A stretch of 64,000 nt of DNA from Candidatus Culexmicrobium cathedralense (GCA_025061115.1 JANZKC010000001.1:224001-288000); one strand, 5' to 3'; counted from the stretch's first letter, positions 1 through 9,978 are shown. The notes: a model not told the origin generated them from the letters alone. Program-made: numbers and translations.

Positions 1-978
1 AGCAGCTACAGTGACAGCAAGAGCTAAGGCAGAAACAATGGCTATAAAAAGGGATGAACCTAAAAGGAGAAATCCAAGTGGAGTGAGCGTCAAACCTATG
101 GACTCAGCGCTAGGCATGAGCTCGTAATTTGAAAAAACACCCATGGAGCTCATGTAGTGAGTGTAACCTATCATGTAGACTGAAGAGCCGATTGCAGCGA
201 CGATAATCGAGCTTGTCAGCTTGCTCGCCAAAATAGTAAGCCTGTTAACTGGTAAGGATAATAGTGTTTCCAATGTTTTCTCCTCCTTCTCGATTGCAAT
301 CGAAGTTGCAGCAATTTGCATTGCAAAAACGAGTATCATCATCACCGTAATTGGCATAGTCATTGACTGCGAAGTGATAATTCCAACAACCGCTTCAGGA
401 GGAACATTAACCACTTCTCCCTTAATCACCGAAAGCTTAACTGCAGTTACGGGGTTCAACAACGAATCCGGATCTCTACCTGGAAAAGCCTTCCTAATAA
501 CTTCATCAACCAAATAGTCATTGAATAATTCAACTATTGAGGCTGGGGTAGATGAAGTTCCGGCTTCAGCCATACTTAAAGTTTTAAAAACGGTGTACAA
601 CTCTACCTTAGCCTTAAGTCCTTGAGTTACATTTTCAGTGAACCCTGAAGGTATAACCATTAAGACTGGAAAATCGATCTTTTGAATTTCAGCTATAGCT
701 TCATTAATGTCAACTACGTCGAGAACTTTTACAGTAGCATTAGGATTAGCTTGAAGAGCGGAAATCAGCATTTCAGCCATTCTTCCGCCATCATAGTCCA
801 AAACCGCAATTTTCGGCCTCAAAGCAGCCTCCTTAACCGTTGTGAAAGACAGTCGCATGGCATATCCCATAACCCCAAACATTATTATTGGCATGAAAAT
901 CATGCCTATAATTATCTTCGGATCTCTAAGAAGCTCCTTAATTTCCTTTTCAAGGAGTATTTTAAAGGCTTTAGTCAA
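1..978 (-). CDS. ABC-2/NatB-type ABC transporter permease (3' end runs off the window)
   Basis: Not in the ORF track. Manual translation from TTG at 978 gives MTKAFKILLEKEIKELLRDPKIIIGMIFMP..., with the KE..ELLRD ABC-2 start motif and later the IAIEKEEKTLETLLSLP motif. It overlaps the stop of the upstream ATPase. Confidence 0.88.
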   Translation of the reverse strand, partial: MTKAFKILLEKEIKELLRDPKIIIGMIFMPIIMFGVMGYAMRLSFTTVKEAALRPKIAVLDYDGGRMAEMLISALQANPNATVKVLDVVDINEAIAEIQKIDFPVLMVIPSGFTENVTQGLKAKVELYTVFKTLSMAEAGTSSTPASIVELFNDYLVDEVIRKAFPGRDPDSLLNPVTAVKLSVIKGEVVNVPPEAVVGIITSQSMTMPITVMMILVFAMQIAATSIAIEKEEKTLETLLSLPVNRLTILASKLTSSIIVAAIGSSVYMIGYTHYMSSMGVFSNYELMPSAESIGLTLTPLGFLLLGSSLFIAIVSALALAVTVAA

Positions 979-1717
979 GATTGGTCACCCTCGCAAAAAC
1001 CTCCTCCAAATTTGAAGCTTCATACTTCACCTTTAACTCACTTGGCTTACCCTCAACAAGCAATTTTCCACGATGAATCAACGAAACCCTATCGCAAAGA
1101 TATTCAACTTCAAGCATATTATGGCTTGACAGCAAAATTGTTGTGCCAAACTTCTTAGAATAATTCTTAATGATCCTCCTAACATGATAAGCGTGAAGAA
1201 CATCCAAGCCTGCAGTAGGCTCATCCAATATTGCGAGCCTAGGTCTAATCATGAGTGCTCTCGAAAGTAAGAGCCTACGCTTCATACCCTTACTGTAAGT
1301 TTTAATTTTATCCTTAAGCCTATCACCTAAACCTGATATCTCAGCGGCCTCATTAACCATCCTATCAACTTCATCCTTAGATTTAGCGTAAAAAGCAGCC
1401 ATAAACCTGAGATATTCCTCACCAGTCAAGTTCTTATATGCTCCAGCTTCTTCAGGTAAATAGCTAATCATTCCTCTAACTACATCAGCATCCTCAACAA
1501 CATCATGCCCAAAGACTTTAGCTGTGCCGGAAGTAGGCTTAATCAAAGTAGCAATAATCCGTAAAGTAGTAGTTTTGCCAGCACCATTAGGGCCAATTAA
1601 CCCAAAGATTTCTCCAGGATGAATATGGAATGAAATTTCATCTAGCGCTTTAATCCTACCATAGTACTTCACTAACTTTACTACTTCTACAGCGTATCCT
1701 GCCATTCCGCTCGCCAT
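971..1717 (-). CDS. ABC transporter ATP-binding protein (CcmA/NatA type)
   Basis: Walker A GPNGAGKTT, signature YSKGMKRR, Walker B ILDEPT, H-loop SSH. Confidence 0.95.
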   Translation of the reverse strand: MASGMAGYAVEVVKLVKYYGRIKALDEISFHIHPGEIFGLIGPNGAGKTTTLRIIATLIKPTSGTAKVFGHDVVEDADVVRGMISYLPEEAGAYKNLTGEEYLRFMAAFYAKSKDEVDRMVNEAAEISGLGDRLKDKIKTYSKGMKRRLLLSRALMIRPRLAILDEPTAGLDVLHAYHVRRIIKNYSKKFGTTILLSSHNMLEVEYLCDRVSLIHRGKLLVEGKPSELKVKYEASNLEEVFARVTNLD

Positions 1718-1750
1718 ATTGCGGAATATATATTATAAATTTAAGCATTT

Positions 1751-2962
1751 CTATAAAGAATCTTCTATTAAAGGTCTAAAAGTCCATTCATTTAAATCAT
1801 TATACATTTGCTTAAGAATTCTAGACGACAAATCCATGGGAATAACTTGAAATAGCCTTGCAATATGCTTGCAAAACTGCTTTACAACGGAAACTCTTGC
1901 AAAGTCTGCGCAATTATGCATTAACAATTTATCCTCAACATCAACAATAATTATGTAATCCCTAACTCTAGCTCTAATCATTTCAGGCGATGCCTCCTCA
2001 ACCACGATTTCATCAATGCTTATTTTCGAAGCTCTCTTCAATCTCCGCTTATCCGTGAAAAGCTGTACAAGCTTACTTGGATCATCACTTGAGAGAATGG
2101 TGTAAACTCTCAACCCTCCCTTAACTGCAGGTGAAGGCACTAAAGCTCTCCCAGACTTGAACTGCTCTTCAACTCTCCTCTTAGCTTGAACTTGCTCAGG
2201 AGTTATAATACCCAGCATTTCGAGGACAATCAACGCCGATTCACATGCAAAACCGTGAAAATGATTGTTAAAGTAGCCATATACTACATCAACTTTTTCC
2301 GATACCTCCTTAACTCTGGGAACCCACTCACGTAATTCTTCAGGTTTATATCGGTAATAGTACCAGGGCCTCTTACCCCTCCCATGCCACCTTATATACG
2401 CAAAGTTAGCTGTAACCTCACATAGTGGAGGAAGTAGAGGCTCATCAACAATAACATAAGCAACATTATGCTTTCTGAGTAAATTAAAGGTTTCATCGTT
2501 AATCCAAGATGAATGCCTAAATTCAATTGCAAACATGAAATCTCTTGGAAGAATTTCAAGCAGCTCCTCAACTAATTCAAGATTACATTTCATTGATGGA
2601 GGAAGCTGAAAAAGGAGAGGCCCAAGCTTATTTGCCTTCTTAAGAGGCTGAATAAGGCTAAGAAAAAGCTCCAAGTCCCTCTCAATCCCAAGTTTAAGAT
2701 TCAACTCCTTTTTATGTGTAATTAATCTAGGAATTTTCGCTGCAAAAATGAAATTTTTAGGTGAACGCCTAACCCATGAACGAACAAGTTTCGGTGAAGG
2801 CAAACTATAGAATGTTGAGTCAATTTCAACGGTATTAAAAACTTTACAGTAATACTCAAACTTCCTACGTGGAGATGGATAGAAAACTCCAACCCAATCG
2901 GAGTAATCCCAACCTGAAGTTCCTATCCTAATTTTAGGCTCATCAAATCTCATAGCTACCAC
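1751..2962 (-). CDS. DUF72 (YecE-like TIM barrel) protein fused to a C-terminal SWIM-type Zn finger
   Basis: DUF72 motifs IGTSGW, VEIDSTFY, LFQLPPS, EFRHSSW, YIRWHGR, YFNNH. C-terminal HNCADF..FCKHI. Confidence 0.9.
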   Translation of the reverse strand: MVAMRFDEPKIRIGTSGWDYSDWVGVFYPSPRRKFEYYCKVFNTVEIDSTFYSLPSPKLVRSWVRRSPKNFIFAAKIPRLITHKKELNLKLGIERDLELFLSLIQPLKKANKLGPLLFQLPPSMKCNLELVEELLEILPRDFMFAIEFRHSSWINDETFNLLRKHNVAYVIVDEPLLPPLCEVTANFAYIRWHGRGKRPWYYYRYKPEELREWVPRVKEVSEKVDVVYGYFNNHFHGFACESALIVLEMLGIITPEQVQAKRRVEEQFKSGRALVPSPAVKGGLRVYTILSSDDPSKLVQLFTDKRRLKRASKISIDEIVVEEASPEMIRARVRDYIIIVDVEDKLLMHNCADFARVSVVKQFCKHIARLFQVIPMDLSSRILKQMYNDLNEWTFRPLIEDSL

Positions 2963-3024
2963 GCCATGCCAATGATTTATTAAGATAAAAGCTACTTAAA
3001 GTTGAAGCTACGGGGATGTAAAAA

Positions 3025-3675
3025 GTGGGGCTAGCGGAACTAATCGACGACATAAACAAAGTAAAAAGCAAAAGTAAAGTAAGAAACCTAGTTGAGAATA
3101 GAATAGCAGAATTCTTAGAAACAAATAAAGCAGATGACAACAGATGGTTTGAAGAACTAGCATTCTGCATTCTAACGGCAAATTCAAGCGCCATGAAAGG
3201 ATTGAAAGCAATAGAATTGTTAAAGGAGAGAAACCTCCTACTTCAAGGTTCACTTGAAGAATTGGAAAAAACTCTAAAAGAAGCAGGACATAGATATGCG
3301 AAAACAAGAGCAGAGTACATCATATCGGCAAGAAAGCTTGTTCCAGGACTAAAAAGGCAAATAACGTCAATTAGAGGAATAAACAATAAGAGGACGTGGC
3401 TTGCGCAAAACGTCATGGGCATAGGGATGAAAGAGGCAAGCCACTTTCTAAGAAATGTAGGTTACTTGGACGTAGCTATAATTGACAGGCACATAATAAA
3501 GATACTAATTAGCTACGACCTAATCGACAAAACGCTAAACAAAAGAACGCTAACCACACGAAGATATTTGAAGATCGAGAACTTAATTAAAAAAATAGCT
3601 AAAAAGGTAAACTTAAAGCCTGGAGTACTCGACTTATACTTATGGTATATGAGCACCGGAAAAGTGTTAAAGTAA
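3025..3675 (+). CDS. ogg: 8-oxoguanine N-glycosylase/DNA lyase (OGG2 type)
   Basis: ELAFCILTANSSA, HhH GIGMKEASHFLRNVG, AIIDRH, C-terminal LDLYLWY..TGKVLK. Confidence 0.93.
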   Translation: MGLAELIDDINKVKSKSKVRNLVENRIAEFLETNKADDNRWFEELAFCILTANSSAMKGLKAIELLKERNLLLQGSLEELEKTLKEAGHRYAKTRAEYIISARKLVPGLKRQITSIRGINNKRTWLAQNVMGIGMKEASHFLRNVGYLDVAIIDRHIIKILISYDLIDKTLNKRTLTTRRYLKIENLIKKIAKKVNLKPGVLDLYLWYMSTGKVLK

Positions 3676-3706
3676 ATTAAAATAAAATGAATTGTTTTAG
3701 AAGCTG

Positions 3707-4672
3707 ATGAGAATGCAAATCCTCATAGGCGCAGGCGGATGGAGCTACTTCAAACTGCCAAAAATAATGGGCGACCCACTTTCATGGTATGCAAAGGCAT
3801 TTAATGTCGTTGAAGTAAACAGCACTTTTTATGAAATTCCATCAATAAAGCTAGCTGAAAGCTGGAGGAAAAGAGCGCCAAGCAACTTTGAATTCACAGT
3901 AAAATGCCATAAATCATTAACCCACGATTTCAAGCTTGAGCTTACTAATGAAGCTAAAAAAACTTTAACACAAATGATAGAATTATGTAAAACACTAAAA
4001 AGCAAAGTACTCTTAATACAGACACCCTCTAGCGTTAAACCTTCAAGAAAAAATCTCGAGAAAGCACTCAAAATAGCTGAAATTGCAAGCACGGAAAACA
4101 TCGAAGTTGCGTGGGAACCTAGAGGAGAAGAGTGGAGATCAAGTGAAGCTAAAGAATTGATGAAGGAATTCGTAGAGAAAAGCAATGGAGCACATTGCGT
4201 AGACATATCCAAAAACGAGCCAGCAGCAGTAAGCCACTTCATCTACACCAGGCTATTCGGCAAGGGTAAACACAACATCTATCAATTTTCAAGCAATGAA
4301 ATTGCAGAAATATACAGTAAAATAATTGGATTAAGTGAAAAAGCGGAGAGAGCATACGTTATAGCGCACACCAAGAAAATGTACATTGATGCTGCAAGAA
4401 TAAAAAGATACGTTGAAACTGGAAAAATACCACCGGCAACACGAAACATTGGAGTGGAAGCAGTAAAGGAAGTGCTAGCAGAGGATGCGAAGTTTCCAAT
4501 AACTAGAGATGAATTAATTAAAGTTCAAGGCTGGAAAGTAATAACTTGGATAAACTTTAAAGATATCAAATTAGCTAAAATTTTGGAGAAAATCCCCAAT
4601 AAAAAGTATTGGAGTATAGATGAAGTCTGCAAAGAAATTAATAAAATTGCAATTAAATTCAAATATATTTAA
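3707..4672 (+). CDS. Second, divergent DUF72 protein with a small C-terminal helical domain (DUF2795/MTH865-like)
   Basis: IGAGGWSYF, VEVNSTFY, FTVKC, LIQTPSS, WEPRG, YTRLFG. C-terminal AKFPITRDELI...KYWSIDEV. Confidence 0.82.
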   Translation: MRMQILIGAGGWSYFKLPKIMGDPLSWYAKAFNVVEVNSTFYEIPSIKLAESWRKRAPSNFEFTVKCHKSLTHDFKLELTNEAKKTLTQMIELCKTLKSKVLLIQTPSSVKPSRKNLEKALKIAEIASTENIEVAWEPRGEEWRSSEAKELMKEFVEKSNGAHCVDISKNEPAAVSHFIYTRLFGKGKHNIYQFSSNEIAEIYSKIIGLSEKAERAYVIAHTKKMYIDAARIKRYVETGKIPPATRNIGVEAVKEVLAEDAKFPITRDELIKVQGWKVITWINFKDIKLAKILEKIPNKKYWSIDEVCKEINKIAIKFKYI

Positions 4673-4677
4673 TCAGC

Positions 4678-5712
4678 CTACTTAAGCCACTTAAATAGCT
4701 CGCGCTGCATGCGACTATTCCGGATATTTCTAAATGCCAATTTAAGCCTATCCAACGCTCTCTCAACTCTTTTAATATTAAACTGCCTTGAAATGAGGAA
4801 ACATTTTATTTCATCTATTTTAGGCTCATTAAAAGAGACTTTATATCGATCAGTTACCGGCGGATTCATGAAAAAGCTTCTTATAGCTTCAATATCGAAA
4901 TCAACTTCAACATTTAATGCTCTAACCACCTTCTCCGCAGATCCATACAACCTTATTAATTTTAGAGCTTTTTTAGGGCCTATACCCCTAACTCCATCAT
5001 TATAATCAGTACCAATAAGTATTGCAATGTCAATTAATTGTCGGCGAGTTAATTTAAGTTTATTGAGCGACTCCTCCAACGATATTAATTCTGGCCACAA
5101 CTTCTTGAACACCCCCTTCTTTGGATAGAATTGCCTACTTTCAACAGCCAAATTTCTCACAAGTACTGGTGCTCCAAAGAGAATCGAGTCATAATCTTGC
5201 GATGCAGATGCATATACATCACCCTTCATCGCCATGTAGGCAGCTTGTGCCTCCCCCTCCGATGGAGCTTGAACCCATGGAATGCCCATTAGATCAAGCA
5301 AGTATTTTGATTCCCTAATAATTTCACTTGTAACACGTGCAGTCATCACCGACTTCTTAAAAGCCTTTGCAATGTCTCCTTCACGAAGAGCCTCAATCCA
5401 CTCTCTAGCAAATCTCTCCCTAATCTTCCTCCGCTCAATGACCTCCTTCATTTTAAATTTTGGAGGAGGCCCATCAAAGACGTAGATTGGAAGAATTCCC
5501 TTTTCAAGTAAACTTATAGTTCTATAAAAAAGGCCTACGAGATGTGAAGTCACTCTTCCTTCAGAATCGGTTAGCGGAACACCGGTTGGAAGTCTAATAA
5601 TAGATAAAAATTGATATAGGGCATTTAAAGCGTCAATTGCAATTGTTCTCCCAGCCAGCTGCCTCAAGCTTATTCTCTTTTTAGCTAACATTGAACCTAT
5701 ATTTGCGCTCAA
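4678..5712 (-). CDS. fen: Flap endonuclease 1 family protein (likely start TTG 5712; the ORF track extends it to 5802)
   Basis: AIDALNALYQFL, YVFDG, PSEGEAQAA, SQDYDSILFG, H3TH GTDYN.GV.GIGPKKA, C-terminal PIP-like QRELFKWL. Confidence 0.92.
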   Translation of the reverse strand: MSANIGSMLAKKRISLRQLAGRTIAIDALNALYQFLSIIRLPTGVPLTDSEGRVTSHLVGLFYRTISLLEKGILPIYVFDGPPPKFKMKEVIERRKIRERFAREWIEALREGDIAKAFKKSVMTARVTSEIIRESKYLLDLMGIPWVQAPSEGEAQAAYMAMKGDVYASASQDYDSILFGAPVLVRNLAVESRQFYPKKGVFKKLWPELISLEESLNKLKLTRRQLIDIAILIGTDYNDGVRGIGPKKALKLIRLYGSAEKVVRALNVEVDFDIEAIRSFFMNPPVTDRYKVSFNEPKIDEIKCFLISRQFNIKRVERALDRLKLAFRNIRNSRMQRELFKWLK

Positions 5713-5973
5713 TTCACTCAAGTATTCATTACAGGCACTATTATAACTTTGGATGCAGCAAGTAAAAAATACAAAAAAGCTGAAAATACTCTTTTTAAAC
5801 ATATAAAAATAAATTACAAAAGAAATATTAATTTAGATGTTTAATATAAAAAAGGGCGTGAAGAATCGTGTTAAGGCAAATTAAATTTACATATCTGATT
5901 AAAAATTCGAAGCATAACGCTATTATTAGTGGTATGAACATATAAATTCACAACCATTATCACGGTGGAATAA

Positions 5974-6693
5974 ATGTCAAGCAGGTTCGATAGCCTCAAA
6001 TTAAGAATAATGGCCGTAGAGAGGCTTAGACTAATAAAGAAAACTTACCCATACAGCAAACTCGCAAAGTACACTGGACTCCCAGAAGCAGTATTATGCA
6101 GGTATGTTAGGGGGTCAGTTTTACCAAGCGAAGAGACAGCAATGAAGCTTTGGAAAGCCCTGGAAAAACTTGCAAGCCTACCTTCATTAATTAAAAAAAG
6201 GCTTCGCTTCACACCTGACGGATACATAGACATTACAGGAGTAATTTTTGATCCATACATATTATCTCACACTGCACAGCACGTATGCATGAAGTTTGCC
6301 GGTAGGAGAATAACTAAAGTTATAACTGCAGCCATAGATGGAATACCACTTGCATCAGTTATAGCCACTACCCTCGAAGTCCCTATAGTCGTAGCTAAGA
6401 GAAGCAAGGATGTTGGCGTAAGAGACTTCATAGAAGAGTCATACCCGACGGAAAGTCCAGCTGAGCTGAGGACCCTATATATACCTAAAGGCGCCATAAG
6501 GTCAACTGATGGAGTTTTAGTAGTTGATGACATAGTTAGAACTGGAAAAACCCTCAGGGCACTGACAAGGTTAGTTAAAAAGGCTAAAGGAAAACTTGAA
6601 GGAATATTTGTGCTTATGGCTATAGGCGATGATTGGATGAGGAAAGTCAATGTAAACTGCCCAATTGAAATTGCAGTTACAATCGAAAAATGA
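5974..6693 (+). CDS. HTH + type I phosphoribosyltransferase (PurR/Apt-like regulator)
   Basis: N-terminal HTH (YSKLAKYTGLPEAVLCRYVRG) and PRPP loop VLVVDDIVRTGKT. Confidence 0.85.
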   Translation: MSSRFDSLKLRIMAVERLRLIKKTYPYSKLAKYTGLPEAVLCRYVRGSVLPSEETAMKLWKALEKLASLPSLIKKRLRFTPDGYIDITGVIFDPYILSHTAQHVCMKFAGRRITKVITAAIDGIPLASVIATTLEVPIVVAKRSKDVGVRDFIEESYPTESPAELRTLYIPKGAIRSTDGVLVVDDIVRTGKTLRALTRLVKKAKGKLEGIFVLMAIGDDWMRKVNVNCPIEIAVTIEK

Positions 6694-6737
6694 AAACTCA
6701 TTAGCGCATGCAAAATATGGATTAAAATTGAAAAGTA

Positions 6738-7007
6738 GTGTACAATATGAAAAGAAGAAAAGGATATCCTAAGGATTCCGACATAAGAAGCGCAATATAC
6801 AAAGCATATAAGGAAGGGCTAGTTTGGCGTCCCGAAAAATTATGTGAAACAGTAATTCAAATACTAGAAAATCAAGAGCTAGACATCAGATACATTACTG
6901 AAAAAAGAATTTGGAGAAATTACGAGCGAATGGTCAGAAAAGGATGGATGCGCGATTGGCTAGGAGTTGTAATTGGCGAAAAGTCTAAAAGGAGAGAGTT
7001 GAAATGA
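6738..7007 (+). CDS. Small basic hypothetical protein (possible winged helix)
   Basis: 89-aa ORF with plausible codon use, co-directional with the PRTase. Confidence 0.6.
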   Translation: MYNMKRRKGYPKDSDIRSAIYKAYKEGLVWRPEKLCETVIQILENQELDIRYITEKRIWRNYERMVRKGWMRDWLGVVIGEKSKRRELK

Positions 7008-8403
7008 AACCGGAAATGCACTCCCTAGCCGACTTTAACAGTAGAGATTTAGGTTTACCATCCAACTTCAAATTTTCAAGCCTTAAAACTCTAAAGTAAA
7101 TTGGAGGATGAGGATCCCAGCCAAGCCACCTCTGAATCCTATACCCCCTATACCGCTCATAGAAAAGCCTGCGAAAACCAATCTTCATTAGCGCATTGCT
7201 AAGAGCACCACTTAACTTAAGCTTAAATGCCGACTCTAAATCTGCTCTAGCCTCAAGAAACTTAGCCACAAAATATAGCAAAGTTATTGAAAATATGAAA
7301 TATATTAAATCAAAGGGCCATCTCAATTCCCATAAAATGTAAACTCTTGCCAAGTACTCGATGCTGGATATGATAAGCAATATTAGGGGATCTCTATTGA
7401 TTAAGTGGCTGATCTCATGACCTATGACGGCCTTAATCTCCTCATCATTTAAAGTAAATGCTAGACCAGAAGTTACAAGGAGACGAGCAAACCTTAAAGC
7501 AGGGCCTGTAGCGGCGGCATTAGGAATAAATGTATTAGCTACAATTGTTAAAGGCATTGGAGCATTATAGGCATCAACAACCTCTCTAATCAACCTATAC
7601 ATGGGGACTACTCTGATAGCTACTTTGCTAGGAGGGCAGTGTACACCCCAACTTCTCAAAACTTCACTGACGACTTCAGGCGTAATGGACTTTCCAACTG
7701 CCAAGGTCTTCGCATATATTTGCCTTTTAATTTTCATAACGTCGCTCCACCTTTTAACAACCAATTTTCTAAAGTCCATCCTGGAAAGCTTGCAAATTGC
7801 CACGTGCAACTCGCCATTACTTGAACTGAGCGTCCAATCACCAAGATATGAAATTATTTTGTGAGAAAGCATAAAGACGGCAATTTGAGAAGCAAGTATT
7901 CCAATAGGAGCATATTCCTTTAAAATAGCAAACATGAAGTAGCCGAAAACCAAGAAAATGAGAAGTAAAGCCAGTAAATTTCCAGCGAGAATCCTACTTA
8001 AAATTCGCCTCCCCACGGACAATTGCTTTGAAGGAATTATTGGAAGTCCTGGGATAAATACTAAGCCAAGCGTCGCTTCATCCAAATTAGCTATAAATTG
8101 ATATGTGAAGAACTGAAAATCAATAGTTAAGTCAACGAAAGTATCGATAGGAGCTGGACGCGAGGATTCAATGGTTATAGTTGGAAAGCGTGAAGCCCTT
8201 ATGGTGACAACATAACTTACATCACTACTCTCATCTGAAATAGTAATCTTCAAAGCATCAATATCATCAACATACTCGATGGAGGTAAGGTTACTGCCAA
8301 ATCTCTCTACGCATTTTCTCTCAATAAAATGCAAATATGGCGCGTACTCATCGGGAGTTAATATGAAGCCGAACTCGTAAGTTTTACTTTTAATGGAGCT
8401 CAA
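6985..8403 (-). CDS. M48/HtpX-family membrane Zn metalloprotease with a long N-terminal extension
   Basis: PNAAATG, HEISH (HEXXH), EARAD, HPP motifs and several TM segments. Confidence 0.85.
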   Translation of the reverse strand: MSSIKSKTYEFGFILTPDEYAPYLHFIERKCVERFGSNLTSIEYVDDIDALKITISDESSDVSYVVTIRASRFPTITIESSRPAPIDTFVDLTIDFQFFTYQFIANLDEATLGLVFIPGLPIIPSKQLSVGRRILSRILAGNLLALLLIFLVFGYFMFAILKEYAPIGILASQIAVFMLSHKIISYLGDWTLSSSNGELHVAICKLSRMDFRKLVVKRWSDVMKIKRQIYAKTLAVGKSITPEVVSEVLRSWGVHCPPSKVAIRVVPMYRLIREVVDAYNAPMPLTIVANTFIPNAAATGPALRFARLLVTSGLAFTLNDEEIKAVIGHEISHLINRDPLILLIISSIEYLARVYILWELRWPFDLIYFIFSITLLYFVAKFLEARADLESAFKLKLSGALSNALMKIGFRRLFYERYRGYRIQRWLGWDPHPPIYFRVLRLENLKLDGKPKSLLLKSARECISGFISTLSF

Positions 8404-8462
8404 TTTACCTCAACATGATTATCGGATAATCCCTTATATTTGTAGAGCCATCATAACAGTAT

Positions 8463-9254
8463 TTGGGTGAAAGATTGAGCAGCTACGTCGTAGATTTAAA
8501 TTGCGATTTAGGGGAAAGCTTTGGAACGTATGTTAAAGGATTAGATGAAGAAGTTATGAAGTACATAACTTCGGCAAACATTGCCTGCGGATTCCATGCA
8601 GGAGATCCCTCTGTAATGAGAAAAACCGTGAAATTAGCAAAGAAATTTAACGTAAAAATAGGCGCTCACCCCGGGCTGCCCGACCTAATGGGATTCGGCA
8701 GAAGATGGATTGAGGTTAAACCTGATGAAATAGAAAACTATATGCTGTATCAAATAGGCGCTCTTAATGCATTCGCAAAATGCGAAGAACTAATGCTTCA
8801 ACACGTCAAACCCCATGGAGCACTATACAATAAAGCTGCAGTAAACATGGAAGTTGCAGAGGCAATTGCAAGAGCAATAGCCGAGTTCAACCCGAATCTA
8901 ATATTAGTGGGACTTGCAAATTCAAAGCTAATTGAAGCGGCAGAGAAGTATGGGCTTAAAGCCGCACGAGAAGCATTTGCGGATAGAGCATACAATTCTG
9001 ATGGAACTCTAGTATCAAGAAGAAAGCCGGGAGCAGTGATAACTGATCAGCAGAAGATCATTGAAAGGGCAGTGATGATGATCACTGAAGGAATCGTTGA
9101 GTCCATCGACGGAAAGAAGGTTGAGCTAGGAAAAGTAGACACCATATGCGTTCATGGAGACACTCCAGGAGCAGTTGAAATAGCAAGAAAGCTCTACACG
9201 GAACTGCCAAAGCACGGAGTGAAAATAGCAGCAATGTCCAAATTTTTGAAGTGA
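8463..9254 (+). CDS. pxpA: 5-oxoprolinase subunit PxpA (LamB/YcsF)
   Basis: [50 protein letters not shown]. Confidence 0.95.
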   Translation: MGERLSSYVVDLNCDLGESFGTYVKGLDEEVMKYITSANIACGFHAGDPSVMRKTVKLAKKFNVKIGAHPGLPDLMGFGRRWIEVKPDEIENYMLYQIGALNAFAKCEELMLQHVKPHGALYNKAAVNMEVAEAIARAIAEFNPNLILVGLANSKLIEAAEKYGLKAAREAFADRAYNSDGTLVSRRKPGAVITDQQKIIERAVMMITEGIVESIDGKKVELGKVDTICVHGDTPGAVEIARKLYTELPKHGVKIAAMSKFLK

Positions 9255-9261
9255 ACCTTAA

Positions 9262-9978
9262 ATGATAATAATAAAATTTAACTGCGTACCTACAACTCAA
9301 GAAATCGCGAAAAAATTAGCTGAACATATAAATGAAGATGTATTTGCTGTAATCGCTGAAAAGCAAACCAACGGGAGAGGAAGAAGAGGGAGAAGGTGGC
9401 ATTCACCAAAAGGCGGACTATGGATGTCAATCGTTCTTAAAAGAAAAAATCGGAGATTCAACATGGCACCATTAATGGCTGCAGTAGCAGTAGCTAAAGT
9501 AATTGAAAAGCTTTACAACTTAAAAGTTCAAGTCAAGTGGCCAAACGACATTTTAATTAATGGCAAGAAGGTTGGAGGAATACTTTGCGAAGCAACTTTC
9601 AGCGGTGAAGAACTAAAATACATTGTCATTGGAATTGGATTGAATGTGAATTTAAGGCTAAATGACTTCCCAAGGGAGTTAAGGGAAAATGCAACTTCAA
9701 TCTTACTGGAAACAGGTAGGGAAGTAAACTTAGAAACCCTAGCTAAGCACATAATACGAGAGATCATGAAGGCAGTAAAGATGAATAACAATGAAGTATT
9801 AAAGAAATGGAAGAATTACGACTGCACATTAGGTAGAAAAGTTAAGGTGATTAGTGATAGTGGAGAGCTTCTCGGAGTCGCATTAGCGGTTGATGCGGAT
9901 GGCTCACTTATAGTTAAAATGGATACGGGAAAAGTTAAGAGAATCTACGCAGATGAAGTAAAACTTCAATTACTATGA
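9262..9978 (+). CDS. birA: Biotin--protein ligase (no HTH)
   Basis: QTNGRGRRGRRW.SP, KWPND, KVGGIL, GIGLNV. Confidence 0.93.
   Translation: MIIIKFNCVPTTQEIAKKLAEHINEDVFAVIAEKQTNGRGRRGRRWHSPKGGLWMSIVLKRKNRRFNMAPLMAAVAVAKVIEKLYNLKVQVKWPNDILINGKKVGGILCEATFSGEELKYIVIGIGLNVNLRLNDFPRELRENATSILLETGREVNLETLAKHIIREIMKAVKMNNNEVLKKWKNYDCTLGRKVKVISDSGELLGVALAVDADGSLIVKMDTGKVKRIYADEVKLQLL

Noticed and set aside
221-1158. Plus-strand ORFs 221-517 and 682-1158, and the many similar short antisense ORFs throughout the track
   Set aside because: They are shadows of well-supported genes on the opposite strand, Ser/Ile-rich and without motifs.
5713-5802. N-terminal extension of FEN1 in the ORF track
   Set aside because: It is low-complexity, promoter-like sequence; FEN1 similarity starts at about 5712.
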